Origin: a bacterium | Lineage (GTDB): Bacteria; Hinthialibacterota; Hinthialibacteria; Hinthialibacterales; Hinthialibacteraceae | Reading direction: 5' to 3' | NCBI GenBank assembly: GCA_041946805.1 | Contig: JBHGBC010000028.1 | Span: forward strand, 1-48,930 | Length of the DNA stretch: 48,930 bases | In this document: in pieces, positions 18,117-26,972 of the stretch | Layout: the number at the start of each line of letters is the position of its first letter | Position numbering within the stretch: the first letter of the stretch is position 1 | Position numbers and translations under genes: made by a program | Notes under the pieces: model-generated | Database searches by the model: none | What the model saw: the letters and a program-made list of their open reading frames with translations, nothing else | Told to the model about the DNA's origin: nothing

Positions 18117-20921
18117 ATGAATGCGAAAACGATTCGAACAGCTGTTTGGTGTGTTTGTCTTTTATCGAGTGTGATATATACCGTCGGCGGGGCGGGCGCG
18201 GCGAGTGAGATGGAATATACCGTCCCCTTCGTGGAGGGGAGCGAATACGATCCCGCGGTTCCCGCGCCGGAGGCCATTCTGGAATTCCCCGTGGGCGCGC
18301 GTCCGGCGGACACCCAACAGACCCGGCGGTATTTTCAAGCCCTGAGCGAGTCGGTGAAACACGTCCAACTTCGCGAATACGGAGTAACCCACGAAGGGCG
18401 CCAATTGTTTTACCTGGTGATTTCGTCGCCGGAGAACATGGCCCGCCTGGAAGAGATTCAGGCACGGATCGGGAAGCTGGCCGATCCCAACAAATTGGGG
18501 AACGGCGAGGACGCCCAGGCGATCATCCGCGAGACGCCCGCGGTGGCGTGGATGGCCTACGGCATCCACGGCGATGAACTCTCCAGCACCGACGCGGCTA
18601 TTTGGGTGGCGTATCAGTTGGCGGCGGGGCGGGACGAGGCCAGCCGCCGGATCCGCGAGAATGTGGTGGTCTGCATCGATCCCCAGCAGAATCCCGATGG
18701 ACGCGAGCGCGCCCTGACGCTGACGCGGATGTTCATCGGGAAAGTGACCAATCCGGATATGCAAAGCGCGCATCACACCGGCACGTGGCCCTGGGGGCGG
18801 GGAAACCATTACTTCTTCGATTTGAACCGCGATTTTTTCATCCTTTCGCAGCCCGAAACCCGGGCACGGGTGAACGCGCTGCGGGAGTGGAATCCGCAGC
18901 TGGCCGTGGATTCGCACGAAATGGAGCCGTGGGAAACCTACCTGTTTTCGCCCTCGCGGGAGCCGCTGAATCCGTATTTATCGCCTTCGTATCACAAGTG
19001 GATCCGGATTTTCGCGGAAAACCAGGCGCAGGCCTTTGACCGGCATGGCTGGAGTTACTATACGCGGGAATGGCTGGACAACTGGTATCCCGGCTATACG
19101 GATTGGATCGCCTACGCGGGCGCGATCATGATTCTGTACGAGCAGGCGGGGGTGGCGGGGACCGTGGTGCGCCGTAACGACGGGGTGATCATGACCTACC
19201 GGGAAACCGTGCATCATCAAATCACCAGCTCGTTGTCCAACCTGGGCACGCTGGCGTCGAACCGGCAGGCCATCCTCAGCGATTATTATGCCGAAAAGCA
19301 AAAAGCCCTGCAGCCGCCGGGAGAGCAACAAATCCACGCGTATCTCATTGAACCGGCCACCAATCCCGCGCGGGAGACGGCCCTGGCGGAGAATCTCCTG
19401 CGGCTGGGGATTGATATCCACCGGGCGGACGCGCCGTTTCCAGCGGCGGGATTGCGGACCCCGCTGGGGACCTCCATCGCCAATAAGCAATTCCCCGCCG
19501 GGACCTGGATCATCCCCGCCCGCCAGCCGATGAAGAACCTGCTGAACGCCGTGCTGGAATTCGACACGCGCATGAAGGATGAATTTCTGGCCGAGGAGCG
19601 CTTCTACCTGGAGAAGAAGAACGAGTCCCGTTTGTACGATGTCTCGGCCTGGTCGATGCCCATCGCCTATGGTGTGGCGTGTTACCAGGCGACCGCGCCC
19701 GTGGAGGCGCCCATGACGCGTGTCGCGCAAGTTTCCCCGCCGGAAGGGCAATGCCCCAGCGCACGGCCCGCATATGGCTATGTCCTGTCCGCCGCGGAAG
19801 ATCCCTCGACCCTGGCGGTCACCCGCCTGCTGGAGCAGGGCTTCGCGGTACGGTGCAGCGACAAGGAGTTCCGGGTGGGCGGCCGGGCGTTCCCCAAGGG
19901 CAGTTTTCTGCTGCGGAACGTGGAAAACCAGAACCACGCGCATGAGGAGGTCGCGCGGATCAGCCAGGAAACCGGCGCGGCGGTTTACGGGGCGGACACC
20001 GCGCTGGATTTGGGCGGCGTCGATCTCGGCGGGCAACATTTCAAACTGCTGGCCGCTCCCCGCGTGGCGGTGATGACGGGCCGGCCGGTCAGCACGACTT
20101 CCTTCGGGGCGGTGTGGCATTGGTTGGACGAGCGCTGCCGGGTCCGCGCCTCGGCGCTCGACCTCGACGATTTGATGGAATGGGATTTGCGCAACTACAA
20201 CGTGATCGTCTTCCCCGCCGGTTCGTTCCGTTCCAGCGCGCGGGAAGGCGGCCTGGAGAAGTTGAAGACGTGGGTGGAGAACGGCGGGACCTTGGTGGCG
20301 CTAGGTTCGGCGGTCTCCACGTTCACCGATCCCAAGGACGGCCTTTCAGCGGTGCGGGAACGGGGAGACGTGTTGGACAAGCTGGACGAGTTTGAGGAAG
20401 CGGTCGAGCGGGAAGAGCGGGCGCTCACCGCCACCGCCAGCCAGGCGGATGTGTGGGACTACCGGCCGGAGATCGCGTCGGCGACGAAGGAAGAAAAAGC
20501 GAAGCCGGAGAATGTGGAAAAACTCAAACGCCAGGACGCCTGGGAACGGCGCTTCAGCCCGCACGGGGCGTTTTTGAAGGCGCGGACCGATCCCTATCAT
20601 TGGCTGGCGTACGGCGTGAACGATCCCCTGGCGGTGATGGTGGGCAGCGGCGTTTCTTATTATGCCAAGCCGCCGGTGGAGACGGCCGTCCGGTTTACCG
20701 ATGAAGCGTCCCTCCGGATCAGCGGCCTGCTCTGGCCGGAGGCGCGGAAACGCCTGGCCAAGACGGCCTACGCCACCCGCGAGGGCCGGGGCAAAGGGCA
20801 GATCATCCTCTTCCCCTTCGAGCCGGACGAACGCGGGTATTATCCCGAAACCACGCGCCTGCTGTGGAACGCCGTGTTCCTGGGCCCCGGCCTCGGCGCC
20901 GAAGCCCCGCGGCCGTGGTGA
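18117..20921 (+). CDS. Secreted M14 family zinc carboxypeptidase with C-terminal extension
   Basis: IHGDE, QNPDG, DLNRD and DSHE motifs; signal peptide; AAGGAG RBS before ATG 18117. Confidence 0.88.
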   Translation: MNAKTIRTAVWCVCLLSSVIYTVGGAGAASEMEYTVPFVEGSEYDPAVPAPEAILEFPVGARPADTQQTRRYFQALSESVKHVQLREYGVTHEGRQLFYLVISSPENMARLEEIQARIGKLADPNKLGNGEDAQAIIRETPAVAWMAYGIHGDELSSTDAAIWVAYQLAAGRDEASRRIRENVVVCIDPQQNPDGRERALTLTRMFIGKVTNPDMQSAHHTGTWPWGRGNHYFFDLNRDFFILSQPETRARVNALREWNPQLAVDSHEMEPWETYLFSPSREPLNPYLSPSYHKWIRIFAENQAQAFDRHGWSYYTREWLDNWYPGYTDWIAYAGAIMILYEQAGVAGTVVRRNDGVIMTYRETVHHQITSSLSNLGTLASNRQAILSDYYAEKQKALQPPGEQQIHAYLIEPATNPARETALAENLLRLGIDIHRADAPFPAAGLRTPLGTSIANKQFPAGTWIIPARQPMKNLLNAVLEFDTRMKDEFLAEERFYLEKKNESRLYDVSAWSMPIAYGVACYQATAPVEAPMTRVAQVSPPEGQCPSARPAYGYVLSAAEDPSTLAVTRLLEQGFAVRCSDKEFRVGGRAFPKGSFLLRNVENQNHAHEEVARISQETGAAVYGADTALDLGGVDLGGQHFKLLAAPRVAVMTGRPVSTTSFGAVWHWLDERCRVRASALDLDDLMEWDLRNYNVIVFPAGSFRSSAREGGLEKLKTWVENGGTLVALGSAVSTFTDPKDGLSAVRERGDVLDKLDEFEEAVEREERALTATASQADVWDYRPEIASATKEEKAKPENVEKLKRQDAWERRFSPHGAFLKARTDPYHWLAYGVNDPLAVMVGSGVSYYAKPPVETAVRFTDEASLRISGLLWPEARKRLAKTAYATREGRGKGQIILFPFEPDERGYYPETTRLLWNAVFLGPGLGAEAPRPW

Positions 20922-21092
20922 GGGGAGGTCATTACCGGGGGGGAGAATGCTTTTTTTTGAGCGCGGAAAGCGCGGTATGAAATAGCCCAGGGCACCAGCC
21001 CTGGGAACGGGGAAACGAAAAAAACGAGCCCTGAAGGGGCGGCATATAATTTTCTCCCAAGGATGGGTGAATCATACCGGAAGGAGAATCCC

Positions 21093-22475
21093 ATGCTTAC
21101 CCTCGTCTCTTTAACCATTGCACTTTGGATCCCCTGGGCCGGGGAAATGGCAACTTGCAGCCCGGCCTTCAACGAGGTGTTGGATGTGATTGACAAGCCC
21201 TTCACGGTGTTGGAGATCGATCAACAAATCCTTACTCTCGTCCACGGCATGGAGCCTCAGGATGTTGATCAATTCAAGGAGGATTTGGATGATTTCATGC
21301 AACGGTGTATTGCCACTGAGAATTACCGGGTTTATCAGATTCAATATCTGGTTAAAACCTTCGCGAAAGCCTATTACCACGCGAAAAAAGACGAAATACC
21401 TGATCTGCTCTTATCGGCATTGGATCGGTTGAATGAACTTTTAGGGCAGAGAATCAATGAGGACACGACGGACAAAAAGAAGGAAATCGCATTTGATTTA
21501 TATCTTTTTTATGTCAATGATCTTTTTGATGAAATTCAATCCGCCTATATCAAGGATAATGATTTTGATGCCTCCTTGAAAATCATTGTGAAAGCCCTGG
21601 ATTCCAAGAACATTGCCATCCGTCATAAAGCGTTATCTTATTTACGTATGATAGTATGTGAAAAGAAGCACCCCTGTCCCAACCGGGAGGAGATCATTTC
21701 CAAATTGTATCCATTGCGCAAGTCCGGCGTCCCGAAATTGAATATCGAGCGTTACGACCCTGTTTACTTGCAAGCCACTTCGGAAAGCATAACACGAGGA
21801 ATCGGCGCTGTTTTGGGATGCATGAGTGCAACCCGGGAAGAATTCCAACGCCGTTTGGATGAGTGGCATGCCTATGTCCAGAAAACGCATCCCTCTTTTT
21901 TGCTGGAATCCGAGGTCCTGGATTCCTTAAAGAATATCATCGCCCTGGGTCCTCCCGCGCTGCCGTATATCCATGAAGTCATGAAAGATAAAAACAGCTA
22001 TCCAACCGCTTCACAACTATTTTTCAATGCCATGAAAAAAATCACCAAGAAGGAATTCTCACCGAATCCCCTCAATGATATCGACCGATATAATTGCATG
22101 AAGAACACAAAATTATGGTTGGATTGGTGGGAGAAGGGACGTTTTCGGACAGAAGAAGTATTTTCTTCACTTTATGACTCCTGCAATCGAACTCCCATGT
22201 CCCTCGATGAGAAAAGACGAACACTTCAATCGATTCACAATCTCGGTATTGCCGCATTGCCCTCCCTCATGCTGAAATTTCAACAAAATGATTTCAATCG
22301 GATCGATATCAGGGAGATGGTGGAAATCATCGATTATTGGACGGATCAAGCTCTGCAAAAATCCATAGAGGAACACAATATCCAATTCGATCAAGTGCGT
22401 GAGCATTGCCTCCAATGGTGGGAGGCGAACAAGGAATATTGGCTTTTACCGGCCGCGGAAATAAAGGAAAAGTAA
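21093..22475 (+). CDS. Hypothetical helical (HEAT-like) protein with low GC content
   Basis: Long ORF, AAGGAG RBS, hydrophobic N-terminus; LGPPALPYI...WWEK and LGIAALPSL...WWEA duplicated motif; visibly AT-richer than neighbours. Confidence 0.75.
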   Translation: MLTLVSLTIALWIPWAGEMATCSPAFNEVLDVIDKPFTVLEIDQQILTLVHGMEPQDVDQFKEDLDDFMQRCIATENYRVYQIQYLVKTFAKAYYHAKKDEIPDLLLSALDRLNELLGQRINEDTTDKKKEIAFDLYLFYVNDLFDEIQSAYIKDNDFDASLKIIVKALDSKNIAIRHKALSYLRMIVCEKKHPCPNREEIISKLYPLRKSGVPKLNIERYDPVYLQATSESITRGIGAVLGCMSATREEFQRRLDEWHAYVQKTHPSFLLESEVLDSLKNIIALGPPALPYIHEVMKDKNSYPTASQLFFNAMKKITKKEFSPNPLNDIDRYNCMKNTKLWLDWWEKGRFRTEEVFSSLYDSCNRTPMSLDEKRRTLQSIHNLGIAALPSLMLKFQQNDFNRIDIREMVEIIDYWTDQALQKSIEEHNIQFDQVREHCLQWWEANKEYWLLPAAEIKEK

Positions 22476-22538
22476 ATTACTTTGGCGCCCCGGGCGCGAC
22501 CTATCCAAAACACCAAAGCATATCACCGGGGAAGCTAA

Positions 22539-23933
22539 TTACCTCCTCACCTCGATCCGCCCCATGGGGTACCAGCCGGTGGGGTCGCGGCCGGCGATGG
22601 CCAGCTGGATCTTGGGATTCTCGGACAGTTCGTCGAGCAGGCCGAGGGACAACTCGTATTCGCCCGCGGGCAGATCCGCGGGAACCGCGATCTCGCCGTC
22701 GCACAGATTGTCACCGGGCAGCCAGGAGCGGATGTTGGATTCGGTATAGAGAATCGATGTGGCTTGCTCGTTCTTTAGCCGGAACGCCAGGCGGTAATAG
22801 CGGTAGCAGGGCGCCACGCCCTGGTTCTCCCACCAGGAGGTGAACGCCATCGATCCGCCGGGCTGGATCACGGACGGATAGGTGAACTTGCGCGGCACGA
22901 AGCGGTAGCCCATGGATTTCAGCCAGCGGTTCACCTGCGGCCGCCATTCCTCGGGAACCGCGGACGACTTGCCGTTGAACGAGCTGATGTGCCACTTGAG
23001 GGACTGGTCGATGATGTAATCGACATCCCACCCCATGTCTTTCCAATGCTGCATCACCCAACAGACCTCGAGGGAGACCGGAGCTTTCTTCCAGGCGTCC
23101 TGCAAACCGCACTCGATGATGGCCTGGGGATACATGTCGTTCATGTGCGACCAGGCGGGGCTGAAGCCGCCCATGTCGCCCAGGCAATCGGCCCGCCAGC
23201 CCACGTTGCGTTTTGAGAGGCCGTAGCGGTTGGTTTCAGGATCGGTGAGGAGCATGACCAGCGGCGTGCGGCGGAACGATTCGAGGTAGGCGTTCAGCAG
23301 CCGCTCGCGGGTTTTGGGAGTGAGCAGCTCGGAGCCCGCGCCCTCGCCCCACGCGCCGACGATGGAGAGATCGACGCTTTCCAGGCCGGGATGGCCGTCA
23401 TAGCGCGCGCCGAAATCGCGCACGAAATTGCCGAAATGCTGGTGGTAGAGGGGATTCTCGGGATCGGTGCGCCATTTCTCCTCGGGCAGACCCTTCTCCT
23501 CGCCCGCCATTTCGCGGTACCAATCGGGGACATCGTTGTCCTTGCCGGTCCCATAAGGGGCGACGCGCAGCCACAGGGTCTGGCCGCGCTGATGGGCGGT
23601 GCGCAGGGCCTGGTCGATCAGATCCCATCTATATTTATCCTGCTCCGGCTCGAGGAATTTCCAATAGACGCGGAAATAGGCGATGGTGGTGTCCGGGTGG
23701 TTGGGATTCTTCAGATCCCCGTCAAATTCCTGGTACTGGATGGGGTAGCCTTCCGTCCATGACTTGCCCTGGTTGAGCTCGTCGCCGTTGAAGCGCTGGA
23801 AGGTCATGAAGCCCATGTGGGGATTGTTCAGGACGTCGTCGATTTCTTGTGGACGGACCATGATGGTCTCTTGCGAAAAGGCGGAAAGGCTCACGAACAG
23901 GATTGATATAGGGAAAGAAGCCGCGGCGCGCAT
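22539..23933 (-). CDS. Secreted DUF4832-domain putative glycoside hydrolase (GH-A-like barrel)
   Basis: Signal peptide; LNNPHMGF, YFRVYWKFLEP, GAWGEG, MGYRF and WENQGVAPCY motifs. Confidence 0.72.
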   Translation of the reverse strand: MRAAASFPISILFVSLSAFSQETIMVRPQEIDDVLNNPHMGFMTFQRFNGDELNQGKSWTEGYPIQYQEFDGDLKNPNHPDTTIAYFRVYWKFLEPEQDKYRWDLIDQALRTAHQRGQTLWLRVAPYGTGKDNDVPDWYREMAGEEKGLPEEKWRTDPENPLYHQHFGNFVRDFGARYDGHPGLESVDLSIVGAWGEGAGSELLTPKTRERLLNAYLESFRRTPLVMLLTDPETNRYGLSKRNVGWRADCLGDMGGFSPAWSHMNDMYPQAIIECGLQDAWKKAPVSLEVCWVMQHWKDMGWDVDYIIDQSLKWHISSFNGKSSAVPEEWRPQVNRWLKSMGYRFVPRKFTYPSVIQPGGSMAFTSWWENQGVAPCYRYYRLAFRLKNEQATSILYTESNIRSWLPGDNLCDGEIAVPADLPAGEYELSLGLLDELSENPKIQLAIAGRDPTGWYPMGRIEVRR

Positions 23934-24225
23934 GGGTTTTACACTCTCTCAATTGTTCAGTTGGATACCGGTTCGACCATAGCAAACGAGGGGGGATTTG
24001 TGCAGGGGATGGGGCGCGGGGATTGAAACACGGATTGCCGGGAAAAAATCAAGGGATTCCACGGAGAAAAGCAGAGGGGACACGAAGGTTCGCCCCTAAA
24101 AAAATTCCCTCACCCCCGTCCCCTCTCCCATAGCAGGGAGAGGGGAGGGGAGAAGGGATTTCGCGGATCGTGAGGCTTGATGGGTTACACGCTGGCGCGC
24201 TAATCCATCCTATAAATAATCCATC

Positions 24226-25107
24226 TTACAGCAGCAGGTCTTTGTCCCAGCCGAGGGTAGTGACTTTGATCTCCGCCAGGTTGCTGGTTCCCAGGTTATA
24301 GACCTTGTCGGCGGTTTCCACGCAGAGGGGCGGGGGCGAGAGGGGTCCCAGGCCGCCGGGAAATGTCTTGCGTTTTTCCTCGATGATCTTGAGGGCGATG
24401 GTTTCGACGGCCACCGGATCGGTTCCGGCGATCAGGCCGTTGTAGTTCCACAGGAAGCGCGGATCGGGCTGGGGGCCCTTGTCGCACAGGGGCCGGAGCG
24501 CGTCGACGAGCACCAGTTTGGTTTTGCCCTTGACGGCGGGCAGGTTCCAGATTTCGCCGAGTTTGGCGTTGTTCTCACCGTGGTAGCTGCTGGGCTTGCC
24601 GGAAAAGGTGATGTAGTTCTTCATCACGGTCCCGAAGCCGGTCAGCCAATGCGCCTTGAGGGCCGGGAGGGCGATCAGGGCGGTGCAGGCCTCGGGGCGG
24701 TCGGGCTTGCCTTGGGCGTCCAGGATCTTGTTCCCAGGGATGCCCGCGGCGGTCAGGCCGGCCTTGACCAGCTCCACCAGTTCGGCGTGGGTGGGATTCA
24801 GGTGCGGGGTGGCCACCAGGCCCACGGTGTCGTCCGGCTTGACCAGGGAGAGCCAAGCTTCCTTGGGGGTGGATTTGCCGGTGAATTGGAGGAGCAATTC
24901 ATCCAACATTTTCTGGAGGACGGCGGAATCCACCTTGTTGCCTTCCCCCAGGGCCTTTTCGTCGCGGATCACGCATACGGTGCTGGAGCGGGATTCGGCT
25001 GTCCGGGCGGATTGGGGGGTGACGCCGAAGAGGGAGGCGCCCAACGTCGCGCCCACGGTGCCACGGACAAAATCACGACGCGTTAAGACGGGTTTAAGGG
25101 TTGTCAT
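24226..25107 (-). CDS. DUF362-family protein with Tat signal
   Basis: TRRDFVR leader; PALKAH...TVMKN and GTDPVAVE motifs. Confidence 0.7.
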   Translation of the reverse strand: MTTLKPVLTRRDFVRGTVGATLGASLFGVTPQSARTAESRSSTVCVIRDEKALGEGNKVDSAVLQKMLDELLLQFTGKSTPKEAWLSLVKPDDTVGLVATPHLNPTHAELVELVKAGLTAAGIPGNKILDAQGKPDRPEACTALIALPALKAHWLTGFGTVMKNYITFSGKPSSYHGENNAKLGEIWNLPAVKGKTKLVLVDALRPLCDKGPQPDPRFLWNYNGLIAGTDPVAVETIALKIIEEKRKTFPGGLGPLSPPPLCVETADKVYNLGTSNLAEIKVTTLGWDKDLLL

Positions 25108-26179
25108 CGTTGTCCTCCTCGCGCTGAATTTCCCCGCTCACATGCTGGAGCATGGATTGAGCGGTTTGTTGATCTGGGCATTCAAAAAGGATGGCCGCGC
25201 GGTTGTGTCGCACCGCGCCAGCCAGCCAACCATCCTCAATATTGTAGACGCATTGAAATTCATCGGATAGATTTCCCGGCTGTTCGGCGGCATGTTCCGG
25301 CAGATAGGCTTCCATAAACCGCCGGAGGGCTTTTCGCGCGGATTCGGAATCCGGATAACGGATCAGGAGCGCCTTGATCCGCCGGGAATCGTTGGGAGAA
25401 ACCGGTGATTCGTACAGGGCGAAGACCGCTTCGCAGGCGTGATTCAGGTTCAAAATGTTTTGCTGGCTCAGGAAATACGCGGAGTTGAGGATCAAGTGGG
25501 AGCGGAAGAAACACACCCGGCTGGGAACCAGCCGCCACGCATCGGCCAAGCGCAAAGGCAGGCGGTTGATCCACGCGGGGGGCGGGGGATTGTCGCGTCC
25601 GGAAGCGATGGAGCGCCCGAGCGCCAGCACCGCCTCCTTGGCTTCGGGAGTCTCCGTGTAGGCCATGACGCGCGCGTACAGGTTACCCACGCAGAAGCGC
25701 AGCAGGCCGGCCCCATAGAGTGCGCGCTGAGGGGGAACACGGCCGTCCGCTTCTTCTTTCATGGGTTGGCTCCACAGGTTCACGGGATCGCCGCCCCAAT
25801 CGGTGGAGAGCAGGCCGAAGGCATCATCCGGGGTTTTCATCACGTACAATTCGACGAGAATGTCGTCCCGGCCGGGGGCGGTGTAGAAGTACACATCCAG
25901 GCCTTGGAAAAGATAGCCCAGGTACAGTTCGCCCGCCCCGTCGATGTATTCGAAAAGATTCGTGGCGTCCCAATGCTGGGAGGTTTCGGGGCGTTTCCAG
26001 GGGCCGGCGGTTTCCGGCAATTGGACCGAAGATGCAGCAGAAGATTTGTCCGAAGAAGAGTTGAATAAATCCTTCACCGTTGATTCACCTGAAAATGCCG
26101 GGATCACCAAGAATACGCATAACCCCGAACCGGTGAGAAGAAGGTTATACGCGGCCGAAATCCATTTCATGCGACTCAT
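25094..26179 (-). CDS. Hypothetical exported protein (DUF6599-like)
   Basis: LFEYIDGAGELYL and VELYVM..PDDAFGL motifs; overlaps the DUF362 gene by 14 nt. Confidence 0.6.
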   Translation of the reverse strand: MSRMKWISAAYNLLLTGSGLCVFLVIPAFSGESTVKDLFNSSSDKSSAASSVQLPETAGPWKRPETSQHWDATNLFEYIDGAGELYLGYLFQGLDVYFYTAPGRDDILVELYVMKTPDDAFGLLSTDWGGDPVNLWSQPMKEEADGRVPPQRALYGAGLLRFCVGNLYARVMAYTETPEAKEAVLALGRSIASGRDNPPPPAWINRLPLRLADAWRLVPSRVCFFRSHLILNSAYFLSQQNILNLNHACEAVFALYESPVSPNDSRRIKALLIRYPDSESARKALRRFMEAYLPEHAAEQPGNLSDEFQCVYNIEDGWLAGAVRHNRAAILFECPDQQTAQSMLQHVSGEIQREEDNDDNP

Positions 26180-26332
26180 CCATCCCGATCCGCTGGCAGT
26201 GATTATTATTATTATTATCTTAAATTCGATTGGAATCCGTCAAGGAACGGGATGGGGGAGGGGATCAGAAGAGGCAGGCCTTGGGTGGGCCGGATTGGAA
26301 CATGGAGGGCACGGTAAGGGGTGGGGTGTGTA

Positions 26333-26374
26333 GTCTGAATCAGGATGGCCGGGATGGACAAAATAAGCAGGATG
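26333..26374 (+). repeat. 42-bp direct repeat with 9-nt periodicity (second copy 29449-29490)
   Basis: GTCTGAATCAGGATGGCCRGGATGGACAARATRASCAGGATG, 38/42 identical between copies. Confidence 0.8.
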
Positions 26375-26547
26375 AACCAAACGACCAGGTTGGCGATGGA
26401 TTACACGCTGCGCGCCAACCCCTCCTGCCTCTGTAAAAATAATTCGCTTATCCGAAAAAAAGGACCGATCCCTAGAATTGCCAATTCCGGTTCAATACAA
26501 TCGCATGCAACATCATCCCGACGAGACATCAGAATGGAGAGGGAACC

Positions 26548-26790
26548 ATGGATCGAAACGCCATCATGGAGCGCGTCAAACAAGTGGTGGCCAAAGTGTT
26601 AAAGATCAGCGCGGACGAGATCCGGCCGGAGTCGAATTTCGTGTTCGATCTGGGCGCGGTGTCGCAGCAGAGCATCGAGCTGGTGGCCGCGTTCGAGGAG
26701 GAATTCGATATCGAGATGGACGAGGATTCCGCCTTGGAAGTGCAGACCGTCCAGGGGGCGGTGGATTACATTGCCCAGTTAATGCCTTGA
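26548..26790 (+). CDS. Acyl carrier protein, atypical attachment motif
   Basis: 80 aa, acidic; FVFDLGAVSQQSIELVAAFEEEFDIEM and TVQGAVDYI match the ACP fold; GGAGAGG RBS. Confidence 0.85.
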   Translation: MDRNAIMERVKQVVAKVLKISADEIRPESNFVFDLGAVSQQSIELVAAFEEEFDIEMDEDSALEVQTVQGAVDYIAQLMP

Positions 26791-26972
26791 GCGGCCGGTT
26801 GACCGCGTGGGTTTGATTGGCGTTACCGTGTTGTGGGTTGACGGGCACATAACGACAAGTTCCCGAACGATATGCCATCCGATTCACATACCGGCGGTCA
26901 CGGGGCCGGTTGCACTCAAGAACCCGTGTCTGCGTGCGCATCCTGATCTTGGTGCAGGAATGGATTTGAATC

